Shown: positions 24,443 through 32,000 of the stretch, one piece after another
Layout: every line of letters begins with the position of its first letter
How positions within the stretch are numbered: the first letter of the stretch is position 1
Source: Candidatus Saccharimonadota bacterium
Lineage (GTDB): Bacteria; Patescibacteriota; Saccharimonadia; Saccharimonadales; UBA4665
Assembly (NCBI GenBank): GCA_003516025.1
Contig: CP023991.1
Coordinates: forward strand, 420,001 to 452,000
Length of the DNA: 32,000 bases
Direction: 5' to 3'
Position numbers and translations under genes: made by a program
Notes under the pieces: generated by a model
Told to the model about the DNA's origin: nothing
What the model saw: the letters and a program-made list of their open reading frames with translations, nothing else
The model's database searches: none

Positions 24443-26013
24443 GGCTTCTCCTCGAAGACGTAGTAGGAATTGTTCTGGAAGGCCAGCGTGTAGCCGTCCA
24501 GTTCCGGCGAACCGTCGAGGGTGGTGTAGACCTCGTCCGGCTGGTCGGTGTGGCGCATGACGATCCACTGGATGTCACTGCCTGCGGGGTGGGCCAGGGC
24601 CGGCTCCCAGAGCTGGTAGCTGCCCTCGTAGAGGTTGGCCCCTGTCGGGATGCCGGCCTCGAAGAGGACGAGCTCGTTGCCGAACGACTCCATGAGCACC
24701 AGGCCGCCCTCGTAGTGTTCCTTGAGGTAGGCGCTGGCCTCGGAAGAGTCCGTGCTGTAGCTGGTGTCGAGTGCCACCACCGGCTCCTTGAGTGTCACGA
24801 CGTTGCTGGTGTCCGTTGCCGTCCACAAGCCGAACATCACGACGAAGCCGATGATGACCACGCTGGCCATCTGCGTGTAGATCCTGCTGGTGAGCAGGCT
24901 CGACAGGTAGCCGATCAGCACTGCTGCTGGCAGAACCATCAGCAGACCGAAGCGCACGTTGTACAAGTCACCGGAGATCTGCTCGACGTGCAGCGGCCGC
25001 TGGCCACTGTAGAGGGCGAACACGAAGAACGGGAACAGCGTCAGGAGCGACAGAACCGGCAGCGAGTGCGCGGACAGCCGTTCACGAACGATGTACCCGA
25101 TCAGACCGATGACGGCCAGCACTGCGATCGGCAACCAGAGGTTGCTGACCGTCGCGATGGTGTAGGTGCGCAGCGCGACTAGCGGGTGTCCCAGCGAGGG
25201 TTCACCGCTGCCGACCCAGAGGGACGGCTTGGCGTACTCGCCGACCTGGAAGCTGAGCGGGTTCCCGAAGATGATCAGGTTCCACAGCATCCAGCCGGAG
25301 ATGGCGATTCCGCCGATGATCGCGAAGGCGATGACGGTGCCCTCGATCTTGCGACCTTCGAACTTGGAGCGCCATCCCATGATCCCGATCAGAACCGTCA
25401 GTACTGCGAACAGCACCCACGCTTCGTAGCGGGTCAGGCATCCTGCCAGTCCTGCCAGCCCGGCACCGATGAGGTAGCCGAACCGGTCAGTCTTGATCCA
25501 GCGCTGTGCACCGTAGACCATCCCCGCCATGCAGGCGAAGAGCAGGAGCTCGGTCATCGGCGTGGACTGCATGTACAGCACGTTGGGGTTCAGCATGAAC
25601 ACCAACGCACCGACGATGCCGGCCAGCTTGTGACCCGTGAGGTCGACGACGATCTTGTACAGCAGCGCGCTGGTGATGACGTAGGCCACCATCGACACGA
25701 TGCTGCCAGCGAAGCCGTTGAAGTACAGCGGGTCGATCCAGACGAACGGCAGGGACAGCAGGTGGGGCAGCGGAAGCCACACTCCACCGAGCTGCGCGAA
25801 CGACATGCCGCCGGACGGGTTGTTCAGTGTCCGGCTGGCGATCTCGAGGTGCGAGATGCCGTCCTTGTACGCCAAGATCACGCCCTTCTGGAAGAAGTAC
25901 GTGAACGAGGCGACCGACAGCAGGCTGGCTACGAGCGCCACCCAGCGGACGGTCTTGTCACGCTGCGGTGGACTGATGACCATGGGGTCACGGTCGAGTG
26001 TTGCGGTAGCCAT
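24439..26013 (-). CDS. polytopic membrane protein, putative GT-C-fold (ArnT/PMT-like) glycosyltransferase
   Basis: 524 aa with about 11-13 TM helices, a first loop carrying YKDGISHLEIA, and a C-terminal soluble domain. Its position after a polyprenyl-phosphate GT2 fits a three-component Gtr-type system. The family assignment is an inference. Confidence 0.7.
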   Translation of the reverse strand: MATATLDRDPMVISPPQRDKTVRWVALVASLLSVASFTYFFQKGVILAYKDGISHLEIASRTLNNPSGGMSFAQLGGVWLPLPHLLSLPFVWIDPLYFNGFAGSIVSMVAYVITSALLYKIVVDLTGHKLAGIVGALVFMLNPNVLYMQSTPMTELLLFACMAGMVYGAQRWIKTDRFGYLIGAGLAGLAGCLTRYEAWVLFAVLTVLIGIMGWRSKFEGRKIEGTVIAFAIIGGIAISGWMLWNLIIFGNPLSFQVGEYAKPSLWVGSGEPSLGHPLVALRTYTIATVSNLWLPIAVLAVIGLIGYIVRERLSAHSLPVLSLLTLFPFFVFALYSGQRPLHVEQISGDLYNVRFGLLMVLPAAVLIGYLSSLLTSRIYTQMASVVIIGFVVMFGLWTATDTSNVVTLKEPVVALDTSYSTDSSEASAYLKEHYEGGLVLMESFGNELVLFEAGIPTGANLYEGSYQLWEPALAHPAGSDIQWIVMRHTDQPDEVYTTLDGSPELDGYTLAFQNNSYYVFEEKP

Positions 26014-26780
26014 CAGGCTGCCATCTCCTTGGAGTCGTGGTGCTTGAGCGCACGCTTGAACTTGCGGTTGATGCGGTTCAGCTCCCTGATGGAACTGAAG
26101 GCCACATGGATCTTGGCGCCCGACTGCTTGCCGTAACGGCGCGGGCCGTGCGTAACGCCGACGTTCACCACCCGAAGCTGGTGTTCCTTGACGTACCGCA
26201 TGATCTCCGGAGAGATCGCCGCGCCCTGCATGGCGGTCAGCTGGTCGGCGAAGAGCTTGAGGCCCTCGCGCTTGAACAGCTTGAAGCCGCAGTCGACGTT
26301 GAACGCCTCGTGCTTGACGATCGCCCGCGAGAGCAACTGCCAGGCATGGCCGATGAGCTTCCTCGTCCAGTTGTCGGCACGTTTGATCCTGAAGCCGATG
26401 GCGACATCCGCGTTGGCGGAGAGCGCTTCGTTCAGGAGCTTGCTGACTTCCTGGGGAGCGAACTGCCCGTCGGCATCGCAGAACCCGATCCAGTCGTAAC
26501 CCATGGCCAAGCCGGTCTTGAGGCCGGTCTGGAGGGCTCCGCCGTATCCGAGGTTCCGGATGTGGGTCTCGGTCCGCACCTTGTCACCGTAGAGGCTTTC
26601 GAGGCGCTTGCAGACCGTGGACGTGTCGTCCTTGCTGCCGTCGTTGACGATGATGACGACGAACTCGTGCCCCTGCTTGTCCAGGTGGTCGACGGCTTCG
26701 CCTACCACGAAGGGCAAGTTCTCCGCCTCGTTCCAGGCCGGCAGGAAGAACGCGATGCTGGGCTTTGCTGAAGTGTCCAT
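26013..26780 (-). CDS. family-2 glycosyltransferase, polyprenyl-phosphate sugar synthase type (GtrB/Ppm1/DPM1-like)
   Basis: 255 aa from ATG 26780 with IAFFLPAWNEAENL, VNDGSKDDT, NLGYGGAL and CDADGQF. The TAATG overlap with gtrA and the TGATG overlap with the next gene indicate coupling. The track's extension to 26963 is rejected. Confidence 0.85.
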   Translation of the reverse strand: MDTSAKPSIAFFLPAWNEAENLPFVVGEAVDHLDKQGHEFVVIIVNDGSKDDTSTVCKRLESLYGDKVRTETHIRNLGYGGALQTGLKTGLAMGYDWIGFCDADGQFAPQEVSKLLNEALSANADVAIGFRIKRADNWTRKLIGHAWQLLSRAIVKHEAFNVDCGFKLFKREGLKLFADQLTAMQGAAISPEIMRYVKEHQLRVVNVGVTHGPRRYGKQSGAKIHVAFSSIRELNRINRKFKRALKHHDSKEMAA

Positions 26781-27178
26781 TAGACACCCCTTTCTGGTTG
26801 GAAGACCACGTGGTGGTTGATCAGGAAGGTGCAGACAGTGCTGAGCAGCGTCGCGAAAATTGCCGCGACTAGACTTGGGAGAGCACAGACGTTGTGCGCC
26901 AAGCCAAACAGTAGGCTGTTGATGCCGAGCGCCAGTGTGGCGTTGAAGGCAAACTTGAGCCATGTCAGCAACAGATACCCACCAGTACGCCGCGCAGAGT
27001 CACCCCAGGTAAAGGTGTAACTGAGCACGAAGTTCAACTGAGCGGATATCATGAAACCAATGCCGTTCGCATAGAGCGCGGGCATGTAGTGTTCCAGCAG
27101 GTGCAGTAGTAATAACTGGACGAGGAAACACAGCAACCCAACTCCAACGAACTTTATCTGTCGGCTCATGTATTCCAA
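26780..27178 (-). CDS. GtrA-family small membrane protein (polyprenyl-phosphate sugar flippase-like)
   Basis: About 130 aa with four TM helices and FVGVGLLCFLVQLLLLHLL at the N-terminus. 27178 is a TTG, so ATG 27169 is the likelier start. Confidence 0.75.
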   Translation of the reverse strand: MEYMSRQIKFVGVGLLCFLVQLLLLHLLEHYMPALYANGIGFMISAQLNFVLSYTFTWGDSARRTGGYLLLTWLKFAFNATLALGINSLLFGLAHNVCALPSLVAAIFATLLSTVCTFLINHHVVFQPERGV

Positions 27179-27342
27179 TCTGAGGTAGTTTGGAGACCAA
27201 ATTGTGAAAGAACTTGAGTGTAAGCATGGTATGCCACACTACCGTTATGTATACTATAAAAGTAGATATATTACAACATAAATCATATATTTATGTAAGA
27301 TATTTAACAATATCCTTGAAAATTATGCTAAATATCACTGAT

Positions 27343-28527
27343 TTAGGTCACAAAAAAGTCTGTCCCATGTAACTCATCGGGCAAAAACCCATTCGTATGC
27401 TTAAAATCAGCCTCCCATTTATAACCTTTATTGTAGCCTAAATCTTTCATGAGTTTGGTTGGCGCGTTACGGAGATGCAGAGGAACGGGCAAGTCAGGGT
27501 GCTCCTTCGCGGCGGCCTGAGCAGCGTACATGGCATTTGAAACTGCCCGTGACTTAGCGGTTTTTGCCAGTACCGAAGCGCAGTGGAATAAGTTGTACTG
27601 GCATTCCGGCATACCGATGCGCTCAACGGCCTGGAAAGTCGCTACAGCTAAGTTCAAGGCCGCCGGTGCCGCCAGCCCAATGTCTTCAGAAGCGAATATT
27701 ACCATACGGCGGGCGATAAACTTAGGGTCTTCGCCGGCCTGTAGCATCCGGGCCATGTAGTACAGCGCGGCAGTGGCGTCGGAGCCCCGCATGCTTTTAA
27801 TGAACGCGCTGATGATGTTGTAGTGGTTCTCGCCATTTTTGTCATAGCCGGGTACTCGTTTTTGAGCGGCGGTACGGACGACTTCGGGCGTTATTTTTTC
27901 GGTAGTCAGCTGTAGTGCCAGCTCTAAGTTACCCAGGGCCACGCGGGCATCACCGCCGGCGGCTTCCGCCAGCAGGTCAATGCTTTCCTTTGGCAGACGT
28001 TTAGCGGATAGTCCTTCTGCTTTAGCGGTAGACTGCAAAATATGTATGATGTCTTCTTTGCTGTGCGGCTCAAGTACCAATACTCTCGATCGGCTGAGCA
28101 GCGGCGTTATGACTTCGAAACTGGGGTTTTCAGTAGTGGCGCCGACCAGCACGATCGTTCCGTCTTCCACGTACGGCAGCAAAGAATCCTGCTGCGCCTT
28201 GTTAAAACGGTGGATTTCATCGACGAACAAAATAGTCTTCATCCCGAGACGGCGATTTTGTTCGGCCCGCTCTACGGCCTTTAATATGTCCGCCTTACCG
28301 GCCGTAACGGCGCTGAGTTCTATGAATTCAGCTTCTGTCTCCCGGGCAATAATACGGGCCAAGGTAGTCTTGCCACTGCCGGGCGGCCCCCATAAGATAA
28401 GGCTGGTCGGCTGTTTCTGTTCGACGATCTGCCGGATAATCTTGCCGGCACCTACTAGATGCGACTGTCCCACAACATCAGCCAGTGTCTCAGGCCTCAT
28501 TCTCTCCGCGAGTGGTCTCGTGTCCAT
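27343..28527 (-). CDS. rarA: replication-associated recombination protein A (AAA+ ATPase)
   Basis: MDTRPLAERMRP N-terminus, Walker A GPPGSGKTT, Walker B FVDEIHRFNK, and a C-terminal MgsA-type domain. The start is set at ATG 28527 because TATACT lies 7 nt upstream. Confidence 0.9.
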   Translation of the reverse strand: MDTRPLAERMRPETLADVVGQSHLVGAGKIIRQIVEQKQPTSLILWGPPGSGKTTLARIIARETEAEFIELSAVTAGKADILKAVERAEQNRRLGMKTILFVDEIHRFNKAQQDSLLPYVEDGTIVLVGATTENPSFEVITPLLSRSRVLVLEPHSKEDIIHILQSTAKAEGLSAKRLPKESIDLLAEAAGGDARVALGNLELALQLTTEKITPEVVRTAAQKRVPGYDKNGENHYNIISAFIKSMRGSDATAALYYMARMLQAGEDPKFIARRMVIFASEDIGLAAPAALNLAVATFQAVERIGMPECQYNLFHCASVLAKTAKSRAVSNAMYAAQAAAKEHPDLPVPLHLRNAPTKLMKDLGYNKGYKWEADFKHTNGFLPDELHGTDFFVT

Positions 28528-28582
28528 AATTACCAGTATAATCCCTTTGTGAAAAGTTAGCGCCACGGGTACAATATGAGGA

Positions 28583-29629
28583 GTGAAAATTAGCCATCCT
28601 CATTCGCCGGTACGTATTTTTGGGTTTTCAGTCACGGCGACCATACTGACGTTTATTGCCATTGCCTATTTTCTGGGGCCAGGCGCTCTTGTCGTAGCGC
28701 TGATTCTTATGGCCGTAGAACTGGCATTTAGTTTTGATAACGCGATTATCAACGCTAAAATCCTGGCCCATATGTCGCCGCTGTGGCAAAAGCTGTTCCT
28801 GACCGTAGGTATTGTAATAGCTATTTTCGGTATGCGCGTCCTGTTCCCGATTGTTATTGTTATGCTGACCGCGGATCTTGGCTGGGGATCAGTTGTTGAT
28901 CTCGCCTTGAACCATCCGAAAGAGTACGCCGAACATTTGGAAGAGGCTCATCCGGCAATTTCTTCATTCGGTGGCGGCTTTCTGCTGATGCTGGCCCTGC
29001 ATTTCTTTATGGATGACAACCGTGAGACTGACTGGATCAAGCGTATCGAGCGGCCGCTTAAGAGGTTTTCCAGCCGCTGGCTGCCGGCAGTCGTCTCGGT
29101 AGTTGTAATGGGTATTTTTGCCGCTTTGCCTATGAACCACCACCCGCGTGAAACGTTACAGGCTGGTATCCTCGGTATCCTGGTATATCTTGGCATCAAC
29201 CTATTCACTGAATGGGTCGGTAAGATTGCCGGTGGTGACGCTGCTGCTAGCGGTAAGGTTGCCACCCGGACTGGCTGGGCGGCTTTCCTGACCTTTATAT
29301 ATCTCGAAATACTGGACGCCAGCTTCTCGTTCGACGGGGTTATTGGCGCTTTCGCCATTACTAACGATGTGGTCCTGATCGCCGCCGGCCTGGGTATTGG
29401 CGCCATCTGGGTACGCTCGCTAACTGTTTACATGGTCCGTACTGGTACGCTTGATTCCTATAAATTCCTGGAACACGGCGCGCATTACGCCGTCTTTGTC
29501 CTGGCGGCTACCATGTTACTGAGCCTGATTGTTTCAGTGCCCGAAGTGGTTACCGGCGTTTTAGGGCTGGGTCTTATTGGCGCCTCCATCGTAGCTTCGC
29601 GCCAGGCCCGTAAGACAGAGCAAGCATAA
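28583..29629 (+). CDS. DUF475/TerC-like integral membrane protein
   Basis: 348 aa, polytopic, with ELAFSFDNAIINAKIL and a second LEILDASFSFDGVIGAFA repeat. GTG start with TACAAT 7 nt upstream. Confidence 0.75.
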   Translation: MKISHPHSPVRIFGFSVTATILTFIAIAYFLGPGALVVALILMAVELAFSFDNAIINAKILAHMSPLWQKLFLTVGIVIAIFGMRVLFPIVIVMLTADLGWGSVVDLALNHPKEYAEHLEEAHPAISSFGGGFLLMLALHFFMDDNRETDWIKRIERPLKRFSSRWLPAVVSVVVMGIFAALPMNHHPRETLQAGILGILVYLGINLFTEWVGKIAGGDAAASGKVATRTGWAAFLTFIYLEILDASFSFDGVIGAFAITNDVVLIAAGLGIGAIWVRSLTVYMVRTGTLDSYKFLEHGAHYAVFVLAATMLLSLIVSVPEVVTGVLGLGLIGASIVASRQARKTEQA

Positions 29630-29673
29630 ATTTCTATAGACAAGAATATAGAAACGTGATATAATAATTGTTT

Positions 29674-32000
29674 ATGACTATGCAAGGTGAAATCATTGGT
29701 TTACCACCGCAATATGGCTCTGATAGTGCTCGGCCGGATGTACTCCAAGCCCCTCTTGATCCAGAGGTCGATAAGGCTTTTGGCGAACATGTTGAATATG
29801 TCCGCCAGTATGGCGATAGCATTGACGCCGCCGACTATTATACTGACTGGAAATCAGGCCTATTAGGCTATACCGGCCGCGGTATAGCTGTTGGTAGTGT
29901 TTTGAGCGTTGCCGCCGGTACGCCACTGGTAGCTATGGGGGCTCTCGCGGCTACCAGCGGTACTGTTGCCTACAATAACCATCGCCGCCGGAAACAGGTA
30001 TCGGAAGAAATTGACGAGCGCACGCAAGAAGAAATCGGTATCGCCCTGGGCGAACAATATGAGTTGCATTCCGTAACAGATAAAGTTACCGGAGTTAATG
30101 AAGTCGTGCTTCGTTGGCAGGGTTCGCTGGAGCGGGCCGCCGAAGAAGGAGCGCCGCACATTCCCGCCAAGCCGGTCGGTGACAGTATTGGCCTGTTATC
30201 AGATCTTGCGGAGCGTCACAACATCAGGGCTGTCCTGGTCGACGAAGCACTGTTACCGGAAACGTACCATGCTGAGCGCTACGCTGCTGCCCGCGTGCCA
30301 GTCGGGCGCTGGATCAGCGACACTAAATCGCTGCCGGTGAATTTTACAAAAAACCGCCAACCGACTGACGTTGATGCCCTGGCGTTTACGCCGGCCCAAC
30401 TGCGCCGGCTTTCATTCAATGTGCTGCGCGACGAGCGCCTGAGCGAGGAGCTGGAAGGCGTCGTTAATGTCCTGCGCCAGCATGAGCCGGGTCATCCGCT
30501 GGTACGGAAATTCGATGATTATAAACAACAGCCAGCTCGGTTGCAGCAAGAGCTCCAGGCGACGGGTCGCCGCTGCCTGGAGCGCAAACTGGAAGACATA
30601 GCTGGAATACGGACCCGTACGCCTGAGGGTGTTCCATCGCGCAGTAAAGTCTATATGGACGGCCGTATAGCCGATGGTACGGTAACCTGGCAGGGTACCG
30701 GAGATCGCTTCGGCCAGATCTTTGGCCGGCAGAACGTGCTGAACGCTCTCAACCTGTCAGAAGAGACTATCACGCAAACAATTGAAAATCACGCCTACCT
30801 GCCGCCGCATAAGGTGGTCACCGCCGCCGAGGCCGCCGTTTACTTGCAAGCCAGTTTGCCGCCGCTGCCCGTAGAAATGGATAGTGAGAACGACGAACCG
30901 GCGCTTGCGACGACGTATTATCTGCAACACGCTATATTCGCCAGCGCCCACACTTTTGATGCCCGGCATCCCGTTACCCGTACTATAGAAACAGAAAAGC
31001 TGGAAGTAAAGACCAGGCACGCCTTCAAACACCGTTTTGCCCTCAATTTACTGGTCGGCGGTTCGGTTCTCGCGGGGTTTATACAAGGCGATCAATGGTT
31101 GCAGCAGCAATCGACGACTTATGAGCAGGCCCATCAAAAAGCCGAAGACGCCGCCAGCTATATTGAATCTTTGATTCCAACGGGCAATGCCCGGGATAAC
31201 GGCTCATATGGCAACTACGTAGGTGGCAGCCGGACCGGCCTGGGGCATGGAGTAAGCTCAATCGGCAATTCCCCTGAAAGTAAGGGTGACGCGGCAACTG
31301 AGTGGCATCTTGAAACCACCGGCGATATCAGCACCGAGGGCTATTGGAGTACCGGTACCATGAACGTCATGGACTTTGATTATCGTACCTACCGTACTGA
31401 AGACGGCAATACTTTTTTGGATCTTCCAGAACAGCCCGAACAGGAATACGACGCGACCATAAAGGTCAGCCGGGATACTGATTTTTCGGATTGGACACAG
31501 CTCGGTGACGATTTCTTTACCCTCGACGTGCCGGTTCTCCAGGGCACCATGCCGGTGGCGTCCAATATCGATGGGCGATATACCGGCGTCCTGTTACATG
31601 ATGACAATTCATTCAGCATTGTCGTAAACCGGGACAGATTCCTGGAACTGGCTGGAAGTGACCAGCGAATCAACTACTGGCTAGCCGCTGGCAGTTATAT
31701 GGGTGTTCGCGCGACATCGGGTACCTCGTATCCCGGCGACGAAAGCAATTACAACCATACTGACATTACTGATACCTGGAATGAAGCGCTCGGTTCGGCT
31801 CCTGTTGATCCCGAAGAGCGCATCCAGGCTGAAGTTGATTATATCCATGAACATTTTACCTACAGTCTCGAACCGCTGAGCGACGATACGATGGAAGATA
31901 TGGATATGTCAGGGCCTATGCTGCCGTTTAATGAATTCTTACAGATCGCCCTCGACGAAGAGAAAGCCAACTGTAATGTCGCGGCAGCGCTCGTCGCTAT
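29674..32000 (+). CDS. large membrane-anchored protein, 3'-truncated by the window edge; possible transglutaminase-like region at the end
   Basis: Frame 1 is open from ATG 29674 to the window end (775 complete codons, read by hand). The ORF is absent from the track because it has no stop. TM segments GIAVGSVLSVAAGTPLVAMGALAATSG and FALNLLVGGSVLAGFI. TGaTATAAT lies 8 nt upstream. The final residues EEKANCNVAAALVA could be a transglutaminase-type Cys context, but that evidence is weak. Confidence 0.7.
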   Translation, partial: MTMQGEIIGLPPQYGSDSARPDVLQAPLDPEVDKAFGEHVEYVRQYGDSIDAADYYTDWKSGLLGYTGRGIAVGSVLSVAAGTPLVAMGALAATSGTVAYNNHRRRKQVSEEIDERTQEEIGIALGEQYELHSVTDKVTGVNEVVLRWQGSLERAAEEGAPHIPAKPVGDSIGLLSDLAERHNIRAVLVDEALLPETYHAERYAAARVPVGRWISDTKSLPVNFTKNRQPTDVDALAFTPAQLRRLSFNVLRDERLSEELEGVVNVLRQHEPGHPLVRKFDDYKQQPARLQQELQATGRRCLERKLEDIAGIRTRTPEGVPSRSKVYMDGRIADGTVTWQGTGDRFGQIFGRQNVLNALNLSEETITQTIENHAYLPPHKVVTAAEAAVYLQASLPPLPVEMDSENDEPALATTYYLQHAIFASAHTFDARHPVTRTIETEKLEVKTRHAFKHRFALNLLVGGSVLAGFIQGDQWLQQQSTTYEQAHQKAEDAASYIESLIPTGNARDNGSYGNYVGGSRTGLGHGVSSIGNSPESKGDAATEWHLETTGDISTEGYWSTGTMNVMDFDYRTYRTEDGNTFLDLPEQPEQEYDATIKVSRDTDFSDWTQLGDDFFTLDVPVLQGTMPVASNIDGRYTGVLLHDDNSFSIVVNRDRFLELAGSDQRINYWLAAGSYMGVRATSGTSYPGDESNYNHTDITDTWNEALGSAPVDPEERIQAEVDYIHEHFTYSLEPLSDDTMEDMDMSGPMLPFNEFLQIALDEEKANCNVAAALVA

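Larger units (their letters stand above)
22800..27180. other. high-G+C compositional island (probable horizontally acquired glycosylation operon)
   Basis: Spot counts give 42/60 G+C in the line at 23401 and 40/60 at 25021, against 30/60 at 7501. Codons end strongly in G/C. There are many long antisense shadow ORFs. The AT-rich flanks are abrupt at about 22800 and 27180. Confidence 0.75.

Noticed and set aside
24443-24568. Track start 24568 for the processive GT2, and likewise 26781-26963 for the second GT2
   Set aside because: The extensions overlap the upstream genes by 130 and 184 nt and encode Arg/His/Pro-rich junk. The GTGA and TAATG coupled starts, one with an SD, fit operon architecture better.
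22811-26771. Very long plus-strand ORFs (467 aa at 22811-24214, 254 aa at 24418-25182, 316 aa at 25186-26136, 244 aa at 26037-26771) and several nested minus-strand ORFs
   Set aside because: They are Arg/Gly/Pro/Ala-rich, low-complexity translations with no motifs, and they lie antisense or out of frame to genes with clear glycosyltransferase motifs. Stop-poor shadow frames are expected in DNA of about 67-70% G+C.
22806-27194. AGGTAGTGGA (22806-22815) and AGGTAGTTTGGA (27183-27194) as flanking direct repeats of the GC-rich island
   Set aside because: Only 7 contiguous matching bases plus a gapped GGA were found. This is not distinguishable from chance, and no associated recombinase or transposase is present.
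27276-27336. AT-rich inverted repeats between rarA and the GC-rich operon (ACATAAAT-N5-ATTTATGT at 27276-27296, GATATTTA-N22-TAAATATC at 27299-27336)
   Set aside because: Short A/T-only stems without U-tracts occur easily in low-complexity AT-rich spacers. They may be a rarA terminator or an operator, but I cannot support either.
1-32000. CRISPR arrays, rRNA genes, IS/transposase genes and additional tRNAs
   Set aside because: No regularly spaced repeats, no rRNA-like conserved blocks, no DDE or IS200-type ORFs and no other cloverleaf-compatible segment were seen on reading through both strands. A covariance-model scan would be needed to exclude small RNAs.

Overview
The window is about 50% G+C bacterial chromosome carrying two compositionally foreign inserts. 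Spot counts of single 60-nt lines give about 50% G+C at 7501, about 32% at 17041, and 67-70% at 23401 and 25021. The gene content suggests a small-genome, possibly Saccharibacteria/CPR-like organism, but taxonomy cannot be proven from the sequence.

Backbone genes:
- a SAM-dependent methyltransferase, two tandem Crp/Fnr regulators, a PGPGW membrane protein and an MBL-fold hydrolase
- a MarR regulator divergent from map, a DUF2200 protein and an MMPL-MarR operon
- an HrpA-like DEAH helicase, a CofE-like protein, a RibD-C/DHFR-like protein, a DUF1653 protein, a PNPOx-like protein and lepB
- tRNA-Gln(CUG), metK preceded by a SAM-I-clan riboswitch candidate, rarA and a DUF475/TerC-like membrane protein
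- a large ORF (>775 codons) that runs off the right edge and is missing from the supplied ORF track

Insert 1 (about 15270-21248, AT-rich, next to tRNA-Gln) looks like a roughly 6 kb integrative element. It encodes a large serine recombinase and a two-tyrosine HUH rolling-circle Rep. A hairpin just upstream of rep presents ACTTGATAT in its loop, which is a candidate nick site. The cargo is a minimal CBASS-like operon (SMODS/CD-NTase plus a 4-TM effector) and an uncharacterised two-gene module.

Insert 2 (about 22800-27180, very high G+C) is a four-gene, translationally coupled envelope-glycosylation operon: GtrA-like, polyprenyl-phosphate GT2, a GT-C-like polytopic protein and a processive GT2 synthase. 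It was probably acquired from a high-GC donor.

Other signals:
- a roughly 30-nt repeat family in four same-orientation copies, two of them identical and bracketing lepB
- backbone genes that mostly look leaderless (a -10 box 6-8 nt from the start codon), whereas genes in both inserts use strong Shine-Dalgarno sites

No CRISPR array, rRNA gene or IS transposase was seen.
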